A DNA stretch of 64,000 nucleotides, taken from Selenomonadales bacterium. Its GTDB lineage: Bacteria; Bacillota; UBA994. The position numbers and the translations under genes are program-made. The stretch lies in the NCBI GenBank assembly GCA_018335585.1, contig JAGXRZ010000040.1, positions 23,906-87,905 of the forward strand, given 5' to 3'. The notes below the pieces were generated by a model, which saw only the letters and a list, made by a program, of their open reading frames with translations, was not told the origin of the DNA and ran no database searches. Shown here piece after piece: positions 51,566 through 61,229 of the stretch; positions within the stretch are counted from its first letter, which is position 1; every line of letters begins with the position of its first letter.

Positions 51566-52168
51566 CTACGCAGCTGGCTGCACAGCCGCGCGGATACTTG
51601 CGCTACACACGTAATATGCGGCAGCAGTGCCTGCGGCTAGGGCAAAGCGCAGGTCGGCCTGCGGGGACATGGGGGTAGCTAGGTAGCGGCGATGTAGCCG
51701 CTCGAGGTGACTTTCTAGGTCACCGACTGTCGCCAGGGTACCATGCTTTAGCTCGGTTAGCGATTCTTGCGCTAGGGTGTCTAAAGGCATAGTGCGGCTT
51801 ACGAGGTGTAGGTTGGCCTCATAGGCAAAGTGTAGCGGCAGGGAGTCGTCCTGCCGCTGGTTGTGCACGGCGCAGAAGAAGTCCGTCAAAAAGTGTATGA
51901 CCACGCCGAGGCGCGTAGCGAAGGTTTCACGCGCGGTGTTGTCGATGGGAAGCACGTTGTTGGCTAGCTCGGCAATTGCGCGCAGCACAAAGGCGAAGGA
52001 TTTCTCCTTTATATGCGGAGTATAGAAGACACCAAGCGAAAAGTCCGGTTGGATACAGCCAAACAGGAAGTCATCCACCGATATTTTGCAGACCTCCGAC
52101 CGCGATTGCAGGGCGCTAAGTATGGCGAGACCGACGCGCTGGTGCGTTCCCGAAAGCAATGTACTCAC
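51566..52168 (-). CDS. Hypothetical protein, possibly zinc-dependent phospholipase C-like hydrolase
   Basis: GTHQRV near N-terminus and HFLTDFFCAVHNQ resembling the H-x-x-x-D...H metal site of the PLC/P1-nuclease fold; weak assignment. Confidence 0.35.
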   Translation of the reverse strand: MSTLLSGTHQRVGLAILSALQSRSEVCKISVDDFLFGCIQPDFSLGVFYTPHIKEKSFAFVLRAIAELANNVLPIDNTARETFATRLGVVIHFLTDFFCAVHNQRQDDSLPLHFAYEANLHLVSRTMPLDTLAQESLTELKHGTLATVGDLESHLERLHRRYLATPMSPQADLRFALAAGTAAAYYVCSASIRAAVQPAA

Positions 52169-52250
52169 TCCTGTTTCTTTGCTTAAGCAAATGCTAACGC
52201 AGAAAGATTAAGCCGGCATCAAACAGAAGTTAACCTTAGGTAAACATTAA

Positions 52251-52286
52251 CACATAAAAAGTCCCCGCCGTGGTACGCGGCGGGGC
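52251..52286 (-). terminator. Rho-independent terminator after maoC (end of bcd-etfBA-maoC operon)
   Basis: ccccgccg/cggcgggg stem with 6-nt loop; minus-strand transcript continues into TTTTTATGTG. Confidence 0.7.
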
Positions 52287-52319
52287 AAATGAGTGTAGAT
52301 GAGGGGAAAGAGAAAAATA

Positions 52320-52736
52320 CTACTTCTTCATGACGGTTGCTTTGCCGTCAATAACTAACGTGCCGTCTTGCGTGGTCGCGGTGGTCCTAAGGACAATGCG
52401 GTTCTTTCCCTCGATTTTCTCTAGGACTTCCACTGTGGCGGTGACAGTGTCGCCAATCCTTACCGGGGCCTTAAACGAGAGCTCTTGCGCGAGGTAAATG
52501 GTGTTTACGCCGGGGAGTGAAGTGCCGAGGACGGCAGAAATCATCCCGACCGAGAGCATGCCGTGCGCTATGCGACCTTTGAACATAGTGTCCTTCGCGA
52601 ACTCGGCGTTAACATGGACGGGGTTAAAATCTCCCGTCAGGCCGGCGAAAGCGTAGACGTCGTACTCGCTGATGGTCTTAGACATAGAGGCCGTGTCGCC
52701 TACCTTGATGTCGGCAAACTTTACATCTCGAATCAT
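52320..52736 (-). CDS. MaoC-like (R)-specific enoyl-CoA hydratase, hot-dog fold
   Basis: 138 aa with FAGLTGDFNPVHVNAEFA hydratase motif and catalytic His. Confidence 0.8.
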   Translation of the reverse strand: MIRDVKFADIKVGDTASMSKTISEYDVYAFAGLTGDFNPVHVNAEFAKDTMFKGRIAHGMLSVGMISAVLGTSLPGVNTIYLAQELSFKAPVRIGDTVTATVEVLEKIEGKNRIVLRTTATTQDGTLVIDGKATVMKK

Positions 52737-52773
52737 TAACTTATTACCTCCTCGTTATTCTTGTCCTCCAAAG

Positions 52774-53970
52774 TCACGCCGAGCGCAGCTTGCGTAGCTC
52801 CTCGATTAGGACGGGCAGAACATCTAGCACGTCGCCGACGATGCCGTAATCGGCAGCCTTAAAGATGGGCGCGTCCGCATCTTTGTTTATGGCGATAACG
52901 ATGTCCGAGGAGGACATCCCCGCAAGGTGCTGAATCGCGCCGGAGATGCCGCAGGCAATGTAGATTTTGGGGCCGACGGTCTTACCGGTCTGACCAACTT
53001 GGTGTAGCGCGTGTTTCCAGCCAGCATCTACAGCCGCGCGGGAAGCGCCGACTGCGCCGCCTAGCACTTCTGCCAGCTCTTCAATCAAGGCAAAGTTTTC
53101 TGGCCTGCCCATGCCGCGCCCGCCGGAAACGATGACCTCTGCTTCCTCGAGGTTGACACTCGCCGTGGTCACCTGAATTACGTCCACCAGTTTCGTGCGA
53201 ATGTCACTCCACTTTACTTTGCTTGTGACGCGCACAAGTTCCCCGGTACGATTGTAGTTCTCTGCCGGGCGCTTAAACACCTTTGGCCTGACCGAGCCCA
53301 TTTGCGGGCGGTGGTCGGGGCAGAGGATGGTTGCCATAATGTTGCCGCCAAACGCGGGTCGCGTCCATTCAACGAGCCCGGTCTCGGCTTGGATGCTAAG
53401 CCCGGTGCAGTCGGCGGTAAGCCCGGTGCCTAAGCGTCCGGCTACCCGCGGTGCAAGGTCCCGCCCGTCGGTCGTCGCGCCAAGCAGCACCACCGAGGGC
53501 TTATAGGTGTTAATCAAGTCGACGCAGGCGATGGTGTAGGCATCGGTGCTATAATGCTTGTATTCAGGACCTTCTACTAGATAGACTTTGTCAGCGCCGC
53601 TGGCGATAGCTTCGCGTGCGAGCGTGTCTAAGTTTTCACCTAGCAGCACAGCCGCAAGCTCCTGCCCTAACGTGTCAGCCAACAGCCTGCCCTGACCGAG
53701 CAGCTCGTGCCCGACGCTGCGCGTCTTGTCGCCGACGCGCTCCATGTATACCCACACGCCGCTGTAAGCGCTCTTGTCAACTAGAACCTCGCGCGCTTCG
53801 TCCTCACGCACAATCGCGGTCACCGGGCAGAGAGGCACGCAAGCGCCGCAAAGCGTACACCTTTCGTCGATGTAAGCTTTGTCGTCTCGCCACACAATCG
53901 CCCCAAACGGACAGGCTGGGAGGCAAATGCCGCAACTAATACATTCGTCGCTAATTACTCTAATCGTCAT
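52774..53970 (-). CDS. etfA: Electron transfer flavoprotein alpha subunit with N-terminal 2x[4Fe-4S] ferredoxin domain (FixB-like)
   Basis: [12 protein letters not shown] and [12 protein letters not shown] clusters in the first 60 aa, then EtfA FAD-binding domain. Confidence 0.85.
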   Translation of the reverse strand: MTIRVISDECISCGICLPACPFGAIVWRDDKAYIDERCTLCGACVPLCPVTAIVREDEAREVLVDKSAYSGVWVYMERVGDKTRSVGHELLGQGRLLADTLGQELAAVLLGENLDTLAREAIASGADKVYLVEGPEYKHYSTDAYTIACVDLINTYKPSVVLLGATTDGRDLAPRVAGRLGTGLTADCTGLSIQAETGLVEWTRPAFGGNIMATILCPDHRPQMGSVRPKVFKRPAENYNRTGELVRVTSKVKWSDIRTKLVDVIQVTTASVNLEEAEVIVSGGRGMGRPENFALIEELAEVLGGAVGASRAAVDAGWKHALHQVGQTGKTVGPKIYIACGISGAIQHLAGMSSSDIVIAINKDADAPIFKAADYGIVGDVLDVLPVLIEELRKLRSA

Positions 53971-53984
53971 GTCGCTCTCCTCCC

Positions 53985-54770
53985 TTAAACTAGCTTGGCT
54001 TCGGCTAGTTTGCCAAGCAGCTCAAGCACTGCCGCCCGCGCCGTGTCTTTGTAAATTATTTCGCCTTGCGTGCGCTGCTTTGGGGTAAAGATGCGGACAA
54101 CTTGGGTGGGCGAGCCTTTAAGTCCCAACCGCTTGTGTTCCACATCGAGGTCGTTAACTGTCCAGACAGGAATTACTTTGCGCGCTGCCTTCATCGTGCC
54201 TTTTACAGTCGGCAGACGCGGCTCGTTAATAGACTTAACCACGCTGATAAGCAGGGGCAGTGAGGTCTCAATGACCTCAATCCCTTCCTCATGCTCGCGC
54301 TCAAGGCGCGCGGTTTTGCCGCCAATATCAATGCGGGAGACGTAAGTGGCTTGCGGAATGTCCAGACACTCGGCTATTTCCGGCCCGACTTGCGCCGTAT
54401 CGCCGTCTATAGCTTGCTTGCCGCAGATAATTAGGTCAAACCGGCCCATTTTCCTGATGGCGGCGGCTAATGTATAGCTTGTGGCTAGAGTGTCGGCCCC
54501 GGCAAAGGCGCGGTCGCTAACTAGAATGGCTTCATCCGCACCCATGGCGATACACTCGCGTAACGCCTCCTCGGCCTGCGGTGGCCCCATGGAGAGTGCG
54601 GTCACCTTGCCCCCGTGCTGCTCGCGCAGGCGAAGCGCCGCCTCAACGGCATTTTTGTCGAAGGGGTTAACGATGCTCGGCACGCCTTGGCGAATCAGCG
54701 TATTTGTCTCCGGGTCTATTTTAACCTCCGTGGTATTGGGCACTTGTTTAATGCAGACGACGATTTCCAT
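53985..54770 (-). CDS. etfB: Electron transfer flavoprotein beta subunit
   Basis: 261 aa EtfB fold (MEIVVCIKQVPNT...). Confidence 0.85.
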   Translation of the reverse strand: MEIVVCIKQVPNTTEVKIDPETNTLIRQGVPSIVNPFDKNAVEAALRLREQHGGKVTALSMGPPQAEEALRECIAMGADEAILVSDRAFAGADTLATSYTLAAAIRKMGRFDLIICGKQAIDGDTAQVGPEIAECLDIPQATYVSRIDIGGKTARLEREHEEGIEVIETSLPLLISVVKSINEPRLPTVKGTMKAARKVIPVWTVNDLDVEHKRLGLKGSPTQVVRIFTPKQRTQGEIIYKDTARAAVLELLGKLAEAKLV

Positions 54771-54802
54771 GCTTGTCCTCCTTGCGGTGATGGTAAATGT
54801 AT

Positions 54803-55951
54803 TTACTTGCTGTCGCGCAAGAGGGCGCTAGACACGACCATGCGCTGCACCTGATTCGTTCCTTCATAGATTTGCGTAATCTTGGCGTTACGCATTAAGC
54901 GCTCTACCGGGTACTCGCGGCTGTAGCCATAGCCACCAAAGATTTGCACGGCATCGGTTGTTACGCTCATGGCCGTATCCGAGGCAAACATTTTAGCCAT
55001 GGCAGCTTCCTTGGCATAGGGGAGGCCCATGTCCTTTAGGTACGCGGCGCGATAGGTTAAGAGCCGGGCGGCTTCAATTTGGGTGGCCATATCTGCTAAC
55101 ATAAAGGCAATAGCTTGGTTGTGGGAAATGGGCTTGCCAAACTGCACCCGTTCCTTGGAGTACTTTACGGCGTGGTCTAAAGCAGCTTGGGCAATGCCAA
55201 GCGCTTGCGCGGCCACACCGATGCGCCCGCCGTCAAGCGTGGTCATGGCAATCTTGAAGCCGTCGCCTTCGTTGCCAAGCAGGTTGGCTTTGGGAATGCG
55301 ACAGTCTTGGAAGATAAGCTCCGTCGTTATCGAAGTGCGGATGCCCATTTTGTGTTCCTTCTTGCCGAAGGTAAATCCGGGAGTATCCTTCTCCACAATA
55401 AAGGCAGACATGCCCTTTACGCCCTTGCTCTTATCTGTCATCGCAAAGACGATGTTAATCTCAGCCTCTCCGGCGTTGGTGATAAAAATCTTGCTGCCGT
55501 TTAGCACGTAGTGGTCGCCGTCTAAACTCGCGATAGTCTGCTGCGCTGCGGCGTCGGTGCCGGCATTTGGCTCGGTGAGCGCAAACGCGCCCAGTTTAGT
55601 CCCCTCGGCGAGCGGAACAAGGAACTTCTTTTTCTGCTCCTCGCTGCCGTACTGGAAGATAGGCCACGCACCCAGCGAAACGTCGGCCGACAGTGTGATG
55701 CCAAGGCCGTCATCAACGCGTGACAACTCCTCGACGGCTAGAATGTAGGTAAGCGTGTCGCCGTCTGCTCCGCCGTACTTTTCCGGGAAACAGATGCCGG
55801 CTAGCCCGAGCTCCAACAGGGAGTCGAACAATTCGCGGCTAAAGTGCTCGTTTTCATCGCGTTCGGCCACAGAAGGGGCGATAGACTTGGCAGCAAACTC
55901 GCGCACCATTTGCAGGAGCATTTTTTGTTCGGCGGATAGATTAAACTCCAT
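54803..55951 (-). CDS. Acyl-CoA dehydrogenase (short-chain/butyryl-CoA type)
   Basis: 382 aa ACAD with conserved C-terminal catalytic-Glu region ([16 protein letters not shown]) and YEGTNQVQR. Confidence 0.85.
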   Translation of the reverse strand: MEFNLSAEQKMLLQMVREFAAKSIAPSVAERDENEHFSRELFDSLLELGLAGICFPEKYGGADGDTLTYILAVEELSRVDDGLGITLSADVSLGAWPIFQYGSEEQKKKFLVPLAEGTKLGAFALTEPNAGTDAAAQQTIASLDGDHYVLNGSKIFITNAGEAEINIVFAMTDKSKGVKGMSAFIVEKDTPGFTFGKKEHKMGIRTSITTELIFQDCRIPKANLLGNEGDGFKIAMTTLDGGRIGVAAQALGIAQAALDHAVKYSKERVQFGKPISHNQAIAFMLADMATQIEAARLLTYRAAYLKDMGLPYAKEAAMAKMFASDTAMSVTTDAVQIFGGYGYSREYPVERLMRNAKITQIYEGTNQVQRMVVSSALLRDSK

Positions 55952-56137
55952 TTGTGAGGACCTCCCTACAAAATCTCTTTGCTATTTGTCACGATACTAT
56001 TGTGCACCGAGTTCGTCCGATTTTCAAGGACTTTGCGAAATAAATATCAATAGATGTGAAATAAATAGCAGACAATACATCAACCCCGGGTTCGTGTCGC
56101 CGACAGTGCCAAAGTAGAGATTGCCCGAAGTCCGCGT

Positions 56138-56143
56138 TATAAT
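56138..56143 (+). promoter_or_regulatory. -10 element TATAAT upstream of the COG2509 gene (-35 unclear)
   Basis: gcgttataatg 28 nt before RBS GGAGGAG; no good -35 at 17-bp spacing. Confidence 0.3.
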
Positions 56144-56170
56144 GAGGCAAGCAATCTGGAGGAGAAGACG

Positions 56171-57760
56171 ATGATTCGAGTCACAAACATAAAGGTCGCT
56201 TTAGACGAGCGCGGCGAAGTGTTGCCAGCCCTCCTTAAAAAGCTTGGCGTTGCGGGAAGCTCCCTCTCGCATTACTACATCTACAAAGAGGCTATCGACG
56301 CTCGCCGCAAAGATAGGATTCAGTTTGTCTACACCGTAGACGTTGCCCTGCCGAGCGAGCAGAAGTTCCTGCAGAAGACGCGTCATCCCGACATTTCGCT
56401 TGCGCCCACGGGGACCTATCAACTGCCGCAGCCGGGGGAGCAAAGGCTTAAGCACCGCCCGGTAATTGTCGGCACGGGGCCTGCCGGGCTCTTTGCCGGG
56501 CTCATTCTGTCGGAACTTGGTTTTCGCCCGCTACTACTCGAGCGCGGCGACGACGTCGATGCTCGCGCCGCAAAGGTGCGCGATTTCTGGCTGGGGGGAG
56601 AGCTAGACCCAAGCTCCAACGTGCAGTTTGGCGAGGGTGGGGCGGGCACTTTCTCGGACGGCAAACTAACGACCAATATTAAGGACCCGCGCTGCCGTAA
56701 AGTGTTGGCAGACTTAGTCGCGGCCGGTGCGCCGGCAAATATCCTCTACAGCTACAAGCCCCATGTCGGCACAGATATCCTGCGGCGCGTGGTGAAGGGG
56801 CTGCGGCAGACCATCGTGCAGCGCGGCGGGGAGGTGCGCTTTCGCGCTACCGTGACAGATTTCCGCTCAGATAGGGGGGCGGTGTCCGGCGTAATCGTGA
56901 ACGGACAAGAAGTAGTACCGGCTGACCTAGTCATTGTCGCGCCGGGGCACAGCGCACGGGACACCTTTTCAGCCCTGCTCGCCCGTGGTGTAGACATGAT
57001 CCCTAAGCCTTTTGCTATCGGCGCGCGCATAGAGCATCCCCAAGCTCTGATTGACGAAGCGCAGTATGGCCAAGCCGCAGGTCACCCAAATCTAGGCGCG
57101 GCTGACTACAAACTAAGCCATCACCCGGAAAGCGGACGCTCGGTGTACACTTTTTGCATGTGTCCGGGCGGACAAGTTGTTGCCGCGGCCTCGGAACAAG
57201 GCGGCGTAGTCACCAACGGCATGAGCGAGCACGCGCGTGCTAGCGGGCAAGCCAACAGCGCTATCCTAGTTGAAGTATCTCCGGCAGACTACGGCGGTAC
57301 ACACCCTCTAGCCGGGGCCCTCTTTCAGCGTCAGTGGGAGGAGAAGGCGTGGCAATTAGGCGGGAGAACACACCGCGCTCCGGCTCAACTGGTGGGCGAC
57401 TTTCTCAAGAACCGCAAATCATCTTCTGTAGGCAGCAGCCGGCCTTCCTATCTTCCCGGCGTCGAGCCAAGCGACCTCCGCCTATGCTTGCCAGACTGCA
57501 TCTCGGCGTCTCTGCAGGCCGGCCTACTGGCTTTTGACAAACAGCTCTCTGGCTTCGCGCACCCAGCGGCGCTCCTCACCGGGGTGGAAACGCGCAGCTC
57601 CTCCCCGGTAAGAATGGCCAGGAACAGCGACGGAGAAAGCACGGTCTTGGGGCTCTGCGTTGCGGGTGAGGGTGCGGGCTACGCCGGCGGCATTATGTCC
57701 GCGGCCGTGGATGGGTTGCGCGTGGCGGAAGGGGTCGCAGGCAAGTACCGCATTCATTAG
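56171..57760 (+). CDS. Uncharacterised FAD-dependent dehydrogenase (COG2509 family)
   Basis: VIVGTGPAGLFAG dinucleotide motif after a ~90-aa N-terminal domain; 529 aa. Confidence 0.7.
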   Translation: MIRVTNIKVALDERGEVLPALLKKLGVAGSSLSHYYIYKEAIDARRKDRIQFVYTVDVALPSEQKFLQKTRHPDISLAPTGTYQLPQPGEQRLKHRPVIVGTGPAGLFAGLILSELGFRPLLLERGDDVDARAAKVRDFWLGGELDPSSNVQFGEGGAGTFSDGKLTTNIKDPRCRKVLADLVAAGAPANILYSYKPHVGTDILRRVVKGLRQTIVQRGGEVRFRATVTDFRSDRGAVSGVIVNGQEVVPADLVIVAPGHSARDTFSALLARGVDMIPKPFAIGARIEHPQALIDEAQYGQAAGHPNLGAADYKLSHHPESGRSVYTFCMCPGGQVVAAASEQGGVVTNGMSEHARASGQANSAILVEVSPADYGGTHPLAGALFQRQWEEKAWQLGGRTHRAPAQLVGDFLKNRKSSSVGSSRPSYLPGVEPSDLRLCLPDCISASLQAGLLAFDKQLSGFAHPAALLTGVETRSSSPVRMARNSDGESTVLGLCVAGEGAGYAGGIMSAAVDGLRVAEGVAGKYRIH

Positions 57761-57855
57761 GGTAGTGCAGGCGCAAGCAGGAGGTAGTCAAGCTGTCTAG
57801 AAATAAGTACAATTAGAACAGGGAGTAGGGCGAAGGAGGATGGGGTGGTGGCTAC

Positions 57856-59472
57856 ATGTCAAGGTTAGTCAAGAGCTATCTTGCCTTCTACTTAGTCATG
57901 CTGGCGGTCGTGCTCATTTGGGGCGCACCCATTTTGTTTCCTACCCTTGCTTACACATTTACCGAAGAAGAAGTGCGCTATCTTGCGGCACTAGGTGAAC
58001 TGCGTGTCCTGGCTGACCGCGACTTTCCTCCCTTTACCTATGTGCGCGAGGGCAAAGCCGTAGGCTACGAACTTGACTTGATGCGCGAACTAGAGCGTGT
58101 ACTGCTCATCCCGGTAAAAGTGGAGCAAGACATGTGGTTAAATGTGCGCGAACGCCTGATGCTTGGGGAAGCTCACCTTGTCTCCGGTATGCGCATTACG
58201 CCAGAGCGGCGCAGGCTCTATCAGTTTACAGATCCTTATCTCTACACCCTGCATGCGGTTATTACTAGGCGCGAGGCACGAGCCGACGACTTAGAGGCGC
58301 TGCGCGGGCTTCCCGTGGCGGCGCAGGCAGGCTCGGCGACGGCCGAACGCTTAGTCGGTGAAGGCCACACAATTATACCTAAGGCCACCCCGGCCGAAGC
58401 TTTTGCTGCTTTGGCGCGGGGCGAGGTCGCGGGGTGGGTGGAGCAGCTCTGGGTAGCTAGGTACATAATAGGTGCCAAAGATTTGCCGTTTTACACCCTA
58501 ACGCCGCTGCCGGACACACAGGGCGAGTACGCCATGGCGCTGTGGGGGCAAGCCGACCCGCGGTTACGCCGCATACTTAACAAAGCGCTGTATCGTTTGC
58601 ATCGGCACGGTGTGATGGCGGAGATTAACGCGCGTTGGTTTGGCCCTGCCGTTACGCGCGTGGCGCATGACGAGGACAGGCTGCGCCAAGCCTTGTTTCT
58701 TTTTCTGGGTGTAGGCACGCTAGGCGTAGGGTTAGTCTTTAGTAACGCTTACCTGCAGCGCCGTGTGGAAACGCAAACGCGGGCCTTGCGCCTTTCCAAC
58801 GCGGCGTTAGCGCGGCAACATGAGCGCGTGCAAGACATGCTTATCAACACGGCACGTGCCTTTGGGGTGGCTATCGAAGTAAAGGACATTTACACGGGCG
58901 GACACAGCCACCGTGTGGCGGGCGTGGCTTACTTTATTGCCAAGCAACTTGGGCTGACGGAGAGGCAGATGTTTGAGCTGTGCCTCGGTTCCTTGATGCA
59001 TGATATCGGCAAAGTAGGGGTGCCTGAGGCTATCCTTACCAAGAACGGAAACCTCACTCCTGCCGAATACGAGTATGTCAAACAGCACCCGCGCATTGGG
59101 CACGAGATTTTGCGCGCTGTAGACGGGTATGAGGCCGTGCGGGACATTGTTCTCTACCACCATGAACGGTGGGACGGACAAACCACAGGGCAATATCCGG
59201 GCTATCCCGGGCTGCGCAGGGGCACAGCTATCCCATTGGGGGCGCGCATTGTGGCCGTTGCCGACGCTTTTGACGCCATGACGTCCGAACGCCCCTACCG
59301 CACGGCCCGTTCCGTCAGCGAAGCGGTGGCAGTAATCCAAAGAGAAGCTGGCGGGCAGTTTGACCCAGACATTGCGGTTACCCTAATCGGTGCGGAGGCA
59401 GAGTTAGCGGCGACAGAGCCGCACAGCTTGCCTATGATACTTAAGGAGTTAGCCATGCGGTTGCGCGTATAA
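57856..59472 (+). CDS. HD-GYP phosphodiesterase with periplasmic solute-binding (SBP_bac_3-like) sensor domain
   Basis: TM1, ~230-aa periplasmic domain, TM2, then HD-GYP domain with HSHRVAG, HDIGK, HHERWDG and GYPG motifs. Confidence 0.8.
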   Translation: MSRLVKSYLAFYLVMLAVVLIWGAPILFPTLAYTFTEEEVRYLAALGELRVLADRDFPPFTYVREGKAVGYELDLMRELERVLLIPVKVEQDMWLNVRERLMLGEAHLVSGMRITPERRRLYQFTDPYLYTLHAVITRREARADDLEALRGLPVAAQAGSATAERLVGEGHTIIPKATPAEAFAALARGEVAGWVEQLWVARYIIGAKDLPFYTLTPLPDTQGEYAMALWGQADPRLRRILNKALYRLHRHGVMAEINARWFGPAVTRVAHDEDRLRQALFLFLGVGTLGVGLVFSNAYLQRRVETQTRALRLSNAALARQHERVQDMLINTARAFGVAIEVKDIYTGGHSHRVAGVAYFIAKQLGLTERQMFELCLGSLMHDIGKVGVPEAILTKNGNLTPAEYEYVKQHPRIGHEILRAVDGYEAVRDIVLYHHERWDGQTTGQYPGYPGLRRGTAIPLGARIVAVADAFDAMTSERPYRTARSVSEAVAVIQREAGGQFDPDIAVTLIGAEAELAATEPHSLPMILKELAMRLRV

Positions 59473-59491
59473 ACACGCGGGAGGTCTCTCT

Positions 59492-60010
59492 ATGGATAAG
59501 CGGCGCCTCCGGCAGCTAAGGGCCATCATGCAGCTAGTCGAAGCGTTCGATCGGCAGGGTGTGCAAGCTTGGCTGGGCGGAGGATGGGCACTTGAGGCTC
59601 TCGATAGTACTTACCAACGGGATCACGCGGATGTCGATTTTCACATCTTCGCATCTGATGCCCCGCTGGTCCGCGTGCTGCTCGAGGAGCTTGGGTACAA
59701 CATCGTGGAGATTACGGCCAGTTCGTTTGCTGCCGAGCGCGGCAAACTTCGCGTTGATTGGGAGCTCCTGTGGGAGGAAGATGGGGCAGTCGTCACTTAC
59801 GACAGCTATGTTGACGCAACGTATGTGTGGCCCGCTGGAGCTTTCCCGCAAGAGAAAACAGGTGTAATTAACGGCGTCGGGGTTCGAGTCATGAGTCCTA
59901 GCGCGCAACGCCAACTAAAACTCGACTATGATAAGAAGCAGAAACGCTTGCGGCAAAAAGATATGCGTGATTTGTCGCGGCTCCGCTCACTGATTCACGA
60001 TCGCCTGTAA
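59492..60010 (+). CDS. ANT(2'')-Ia / AadB-like nucleotidyltransferase family protein
   Basis: AWLGGGWALEALDSTYQRDHADVDF closely parallels the AadB active-site block (LWIGGGWAIDARLGRVTRKHDDIDL); 172 aa, similar length. Confidence 0.6.
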   Translation: MDKRRLRQLRAIMQLVEAFDRQGVQAWLGGGWALEALDSTYQRDHADVDFHIFASDAPLVRVLLEELGYNIVEITASSFAAERGKLRVDWELLWEEDGAVVTYDSYVDATYVWPAGAFPQEKTGVINGVGVRVMSPSAQRQLKLDYDKKQKRLRQKDMRDLSRLRSLIHDRL

Positions 60011-60017
60011 AGACAAA

Positions 60018-60048
60018 AGTCCTTGGCCGCAAGTTAGGGCCAAGGACT
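60018..60048 (-). terminator. Hairpin terminator after the NlpC/P60 gene
   Basis: Perfect 11-bp stem agtccttggcc/ggccaaggact; minus-strand continuation TTTGTCTTTA. Confidence 0.55.
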
Positions 60049-60071
60049 CTCGAGCTTAGACGGGCTGAGAT

Positions 60072-60539
60072 CTATCGCAGCACGGTGCGGCTGCTGTGGT
60101 ACCTAGATGCTAGGTAACGCTGGCTGAGGCGATCTATTGTTACGCCTCGCCTTGGGAAAGCGTGCACCATGCGACCATCACCCATGGCGATGCCGACGTG
60201 TGAAACGCCCCGCCTCCAGGTGTTCTCGAAAAACACGAGATCCCCGGGTTGTAGCGCTGTACGTGCGATGCGACGTCCTACTCTAGACTGCGACAGCGAG
60301 GTGCGCGGCAAACGAATGCCGACGGCGCGAGCCATCACGTGGCGTGTAAAGCTACTGCAGTCAAAAGCGCGCGGCCCATTAGCGCCAAAGACGTAGGGGC
60401 GGCCTAGGTAGCTTAGAGCCATGCGCACAACGCGCACTCCTCTGGTTCCGTTGCTGGTGGCAGCCATGGCTGGCAGGGGAATAACAGCGACAGATGCTAC
60501 TAGCACGAGTGTGGCAATGATTTTTTTCATGAGATTCAT
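60072..60539 (-). CDS. NlpC/P60 family cell-wall peptidase (C40), secreted
   Basis: Signal peptide, YVFGANGPRAFDCSSF (catalytic Cys) and SHVGI (His) motifs. Confidence 0.85.
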   Translation of the reverse strand: MNLMKKIIATLVLVASVAVIPLPAMAATSNGTRGVRVVRMALSYLGRPYVFGANGPRAFDCSSFTRHVMARAVGIRLPRTSLSQSRVGRRIARTALQPGDLVFFENTWRRGVSHVGIAMGDGRMVHAFPRRGVTIDRLSQRYLASRYHSSRTVLR

Positions 60540-60728
60540 CAGTGTTGTCTCCTCTCCTTTATTTTGCTGTCACCTATGCTGAGCTTTAGCTCTGCAAAAC
60601 TGAACTTTAAGCTCTGCATGCTTGAATTGTAAGTGATGATTCTTGATGCGAAAACAAGTAAATATTAACAACACACAGAAGAGCCTTGCCGTTGCTGGTT
60701 GTGTTATTTTTTACTAGGAGTGAAAAAT

Positions 60729-61229
60729 ATGTACCGCAGAGAAAAACTTGACGACACACACCCCGATTTTTATCCCGTTTTGGCCAAAGAGCTTCACCAT
60801 TTAGTAGAGTTCGAAGCAGAGTGGTTAGCGTCGCTCAGTAACGCGGCTGCGCTACTTGGGCATCAGCTAGGGCGCATTAACTGGGCGGGGTTCTATCTGG
60901 TTAAAGAAGGCCTATTGGTGCTTGGCCCTTTTTGGGGCAAGCCGGCCTGTTCTGCGATTGTCTTGGGAGAGGGTGTCTGTGGCGCTGCTGCTCTAAGGCG
61001 CGAGACAATAGTCGTGCCCGATGTGCACGCCTTCCCCGGACACATTGCCTGCGACGAAGCCTCGCAGTCTGAAATCGTAGTGCCGATAATCTACCGCGGC
61101 GAACTTAAAGGCGTGCTCGATATCGACAGCCCAGAAAAAAACCGCTTCCTCCCCCGCGACCAAGCAGGGTTAGAAGCGTTTGTGGCTGTACTGGCGAGTG
61201 TGCTGCCGTGGGATAGGGTGGTGTTTTAG
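60729..61229 (+). CDS. GAF-domain free methionine-(R)-sulfoxide reductase (fRMsr)
   Basis: ~166 aa GAF fold with NWAGFYL and the conserved Cys triad region (CSAIVLGEGVCGAAA ... HIACD). Confidence 0.75.
   Translation: MYRREKLDDTHPDFYPVLAKELHHLVEFEAEWLASLSNAAALLGHQLGRINWAGFYLVKEGLLVLGPFWGKPACSAIVLGEGVCGAAALRRETIVVPDVHAFPGHIACDEASQSEIVVPIIYRGELKGVLDIDSPEKNRFLPRDQAGLEAFVAVLASVLPWDRVVF

Noticed and set aside
56121-56143. TTGCCC as -35 for the COG2509 gene promoter
   Set aside because: Spacing to the TATAAT -10 is only 11 bp; kept just the -10 with low confidence.
60640-60716. Hairpin + T-run upstream of the fRMsr gene as a terminator
   Set aside because: Stem complementarity (aacaacaca / tggttgtgtt) is poor and no upstream + strand gene ends nearby.
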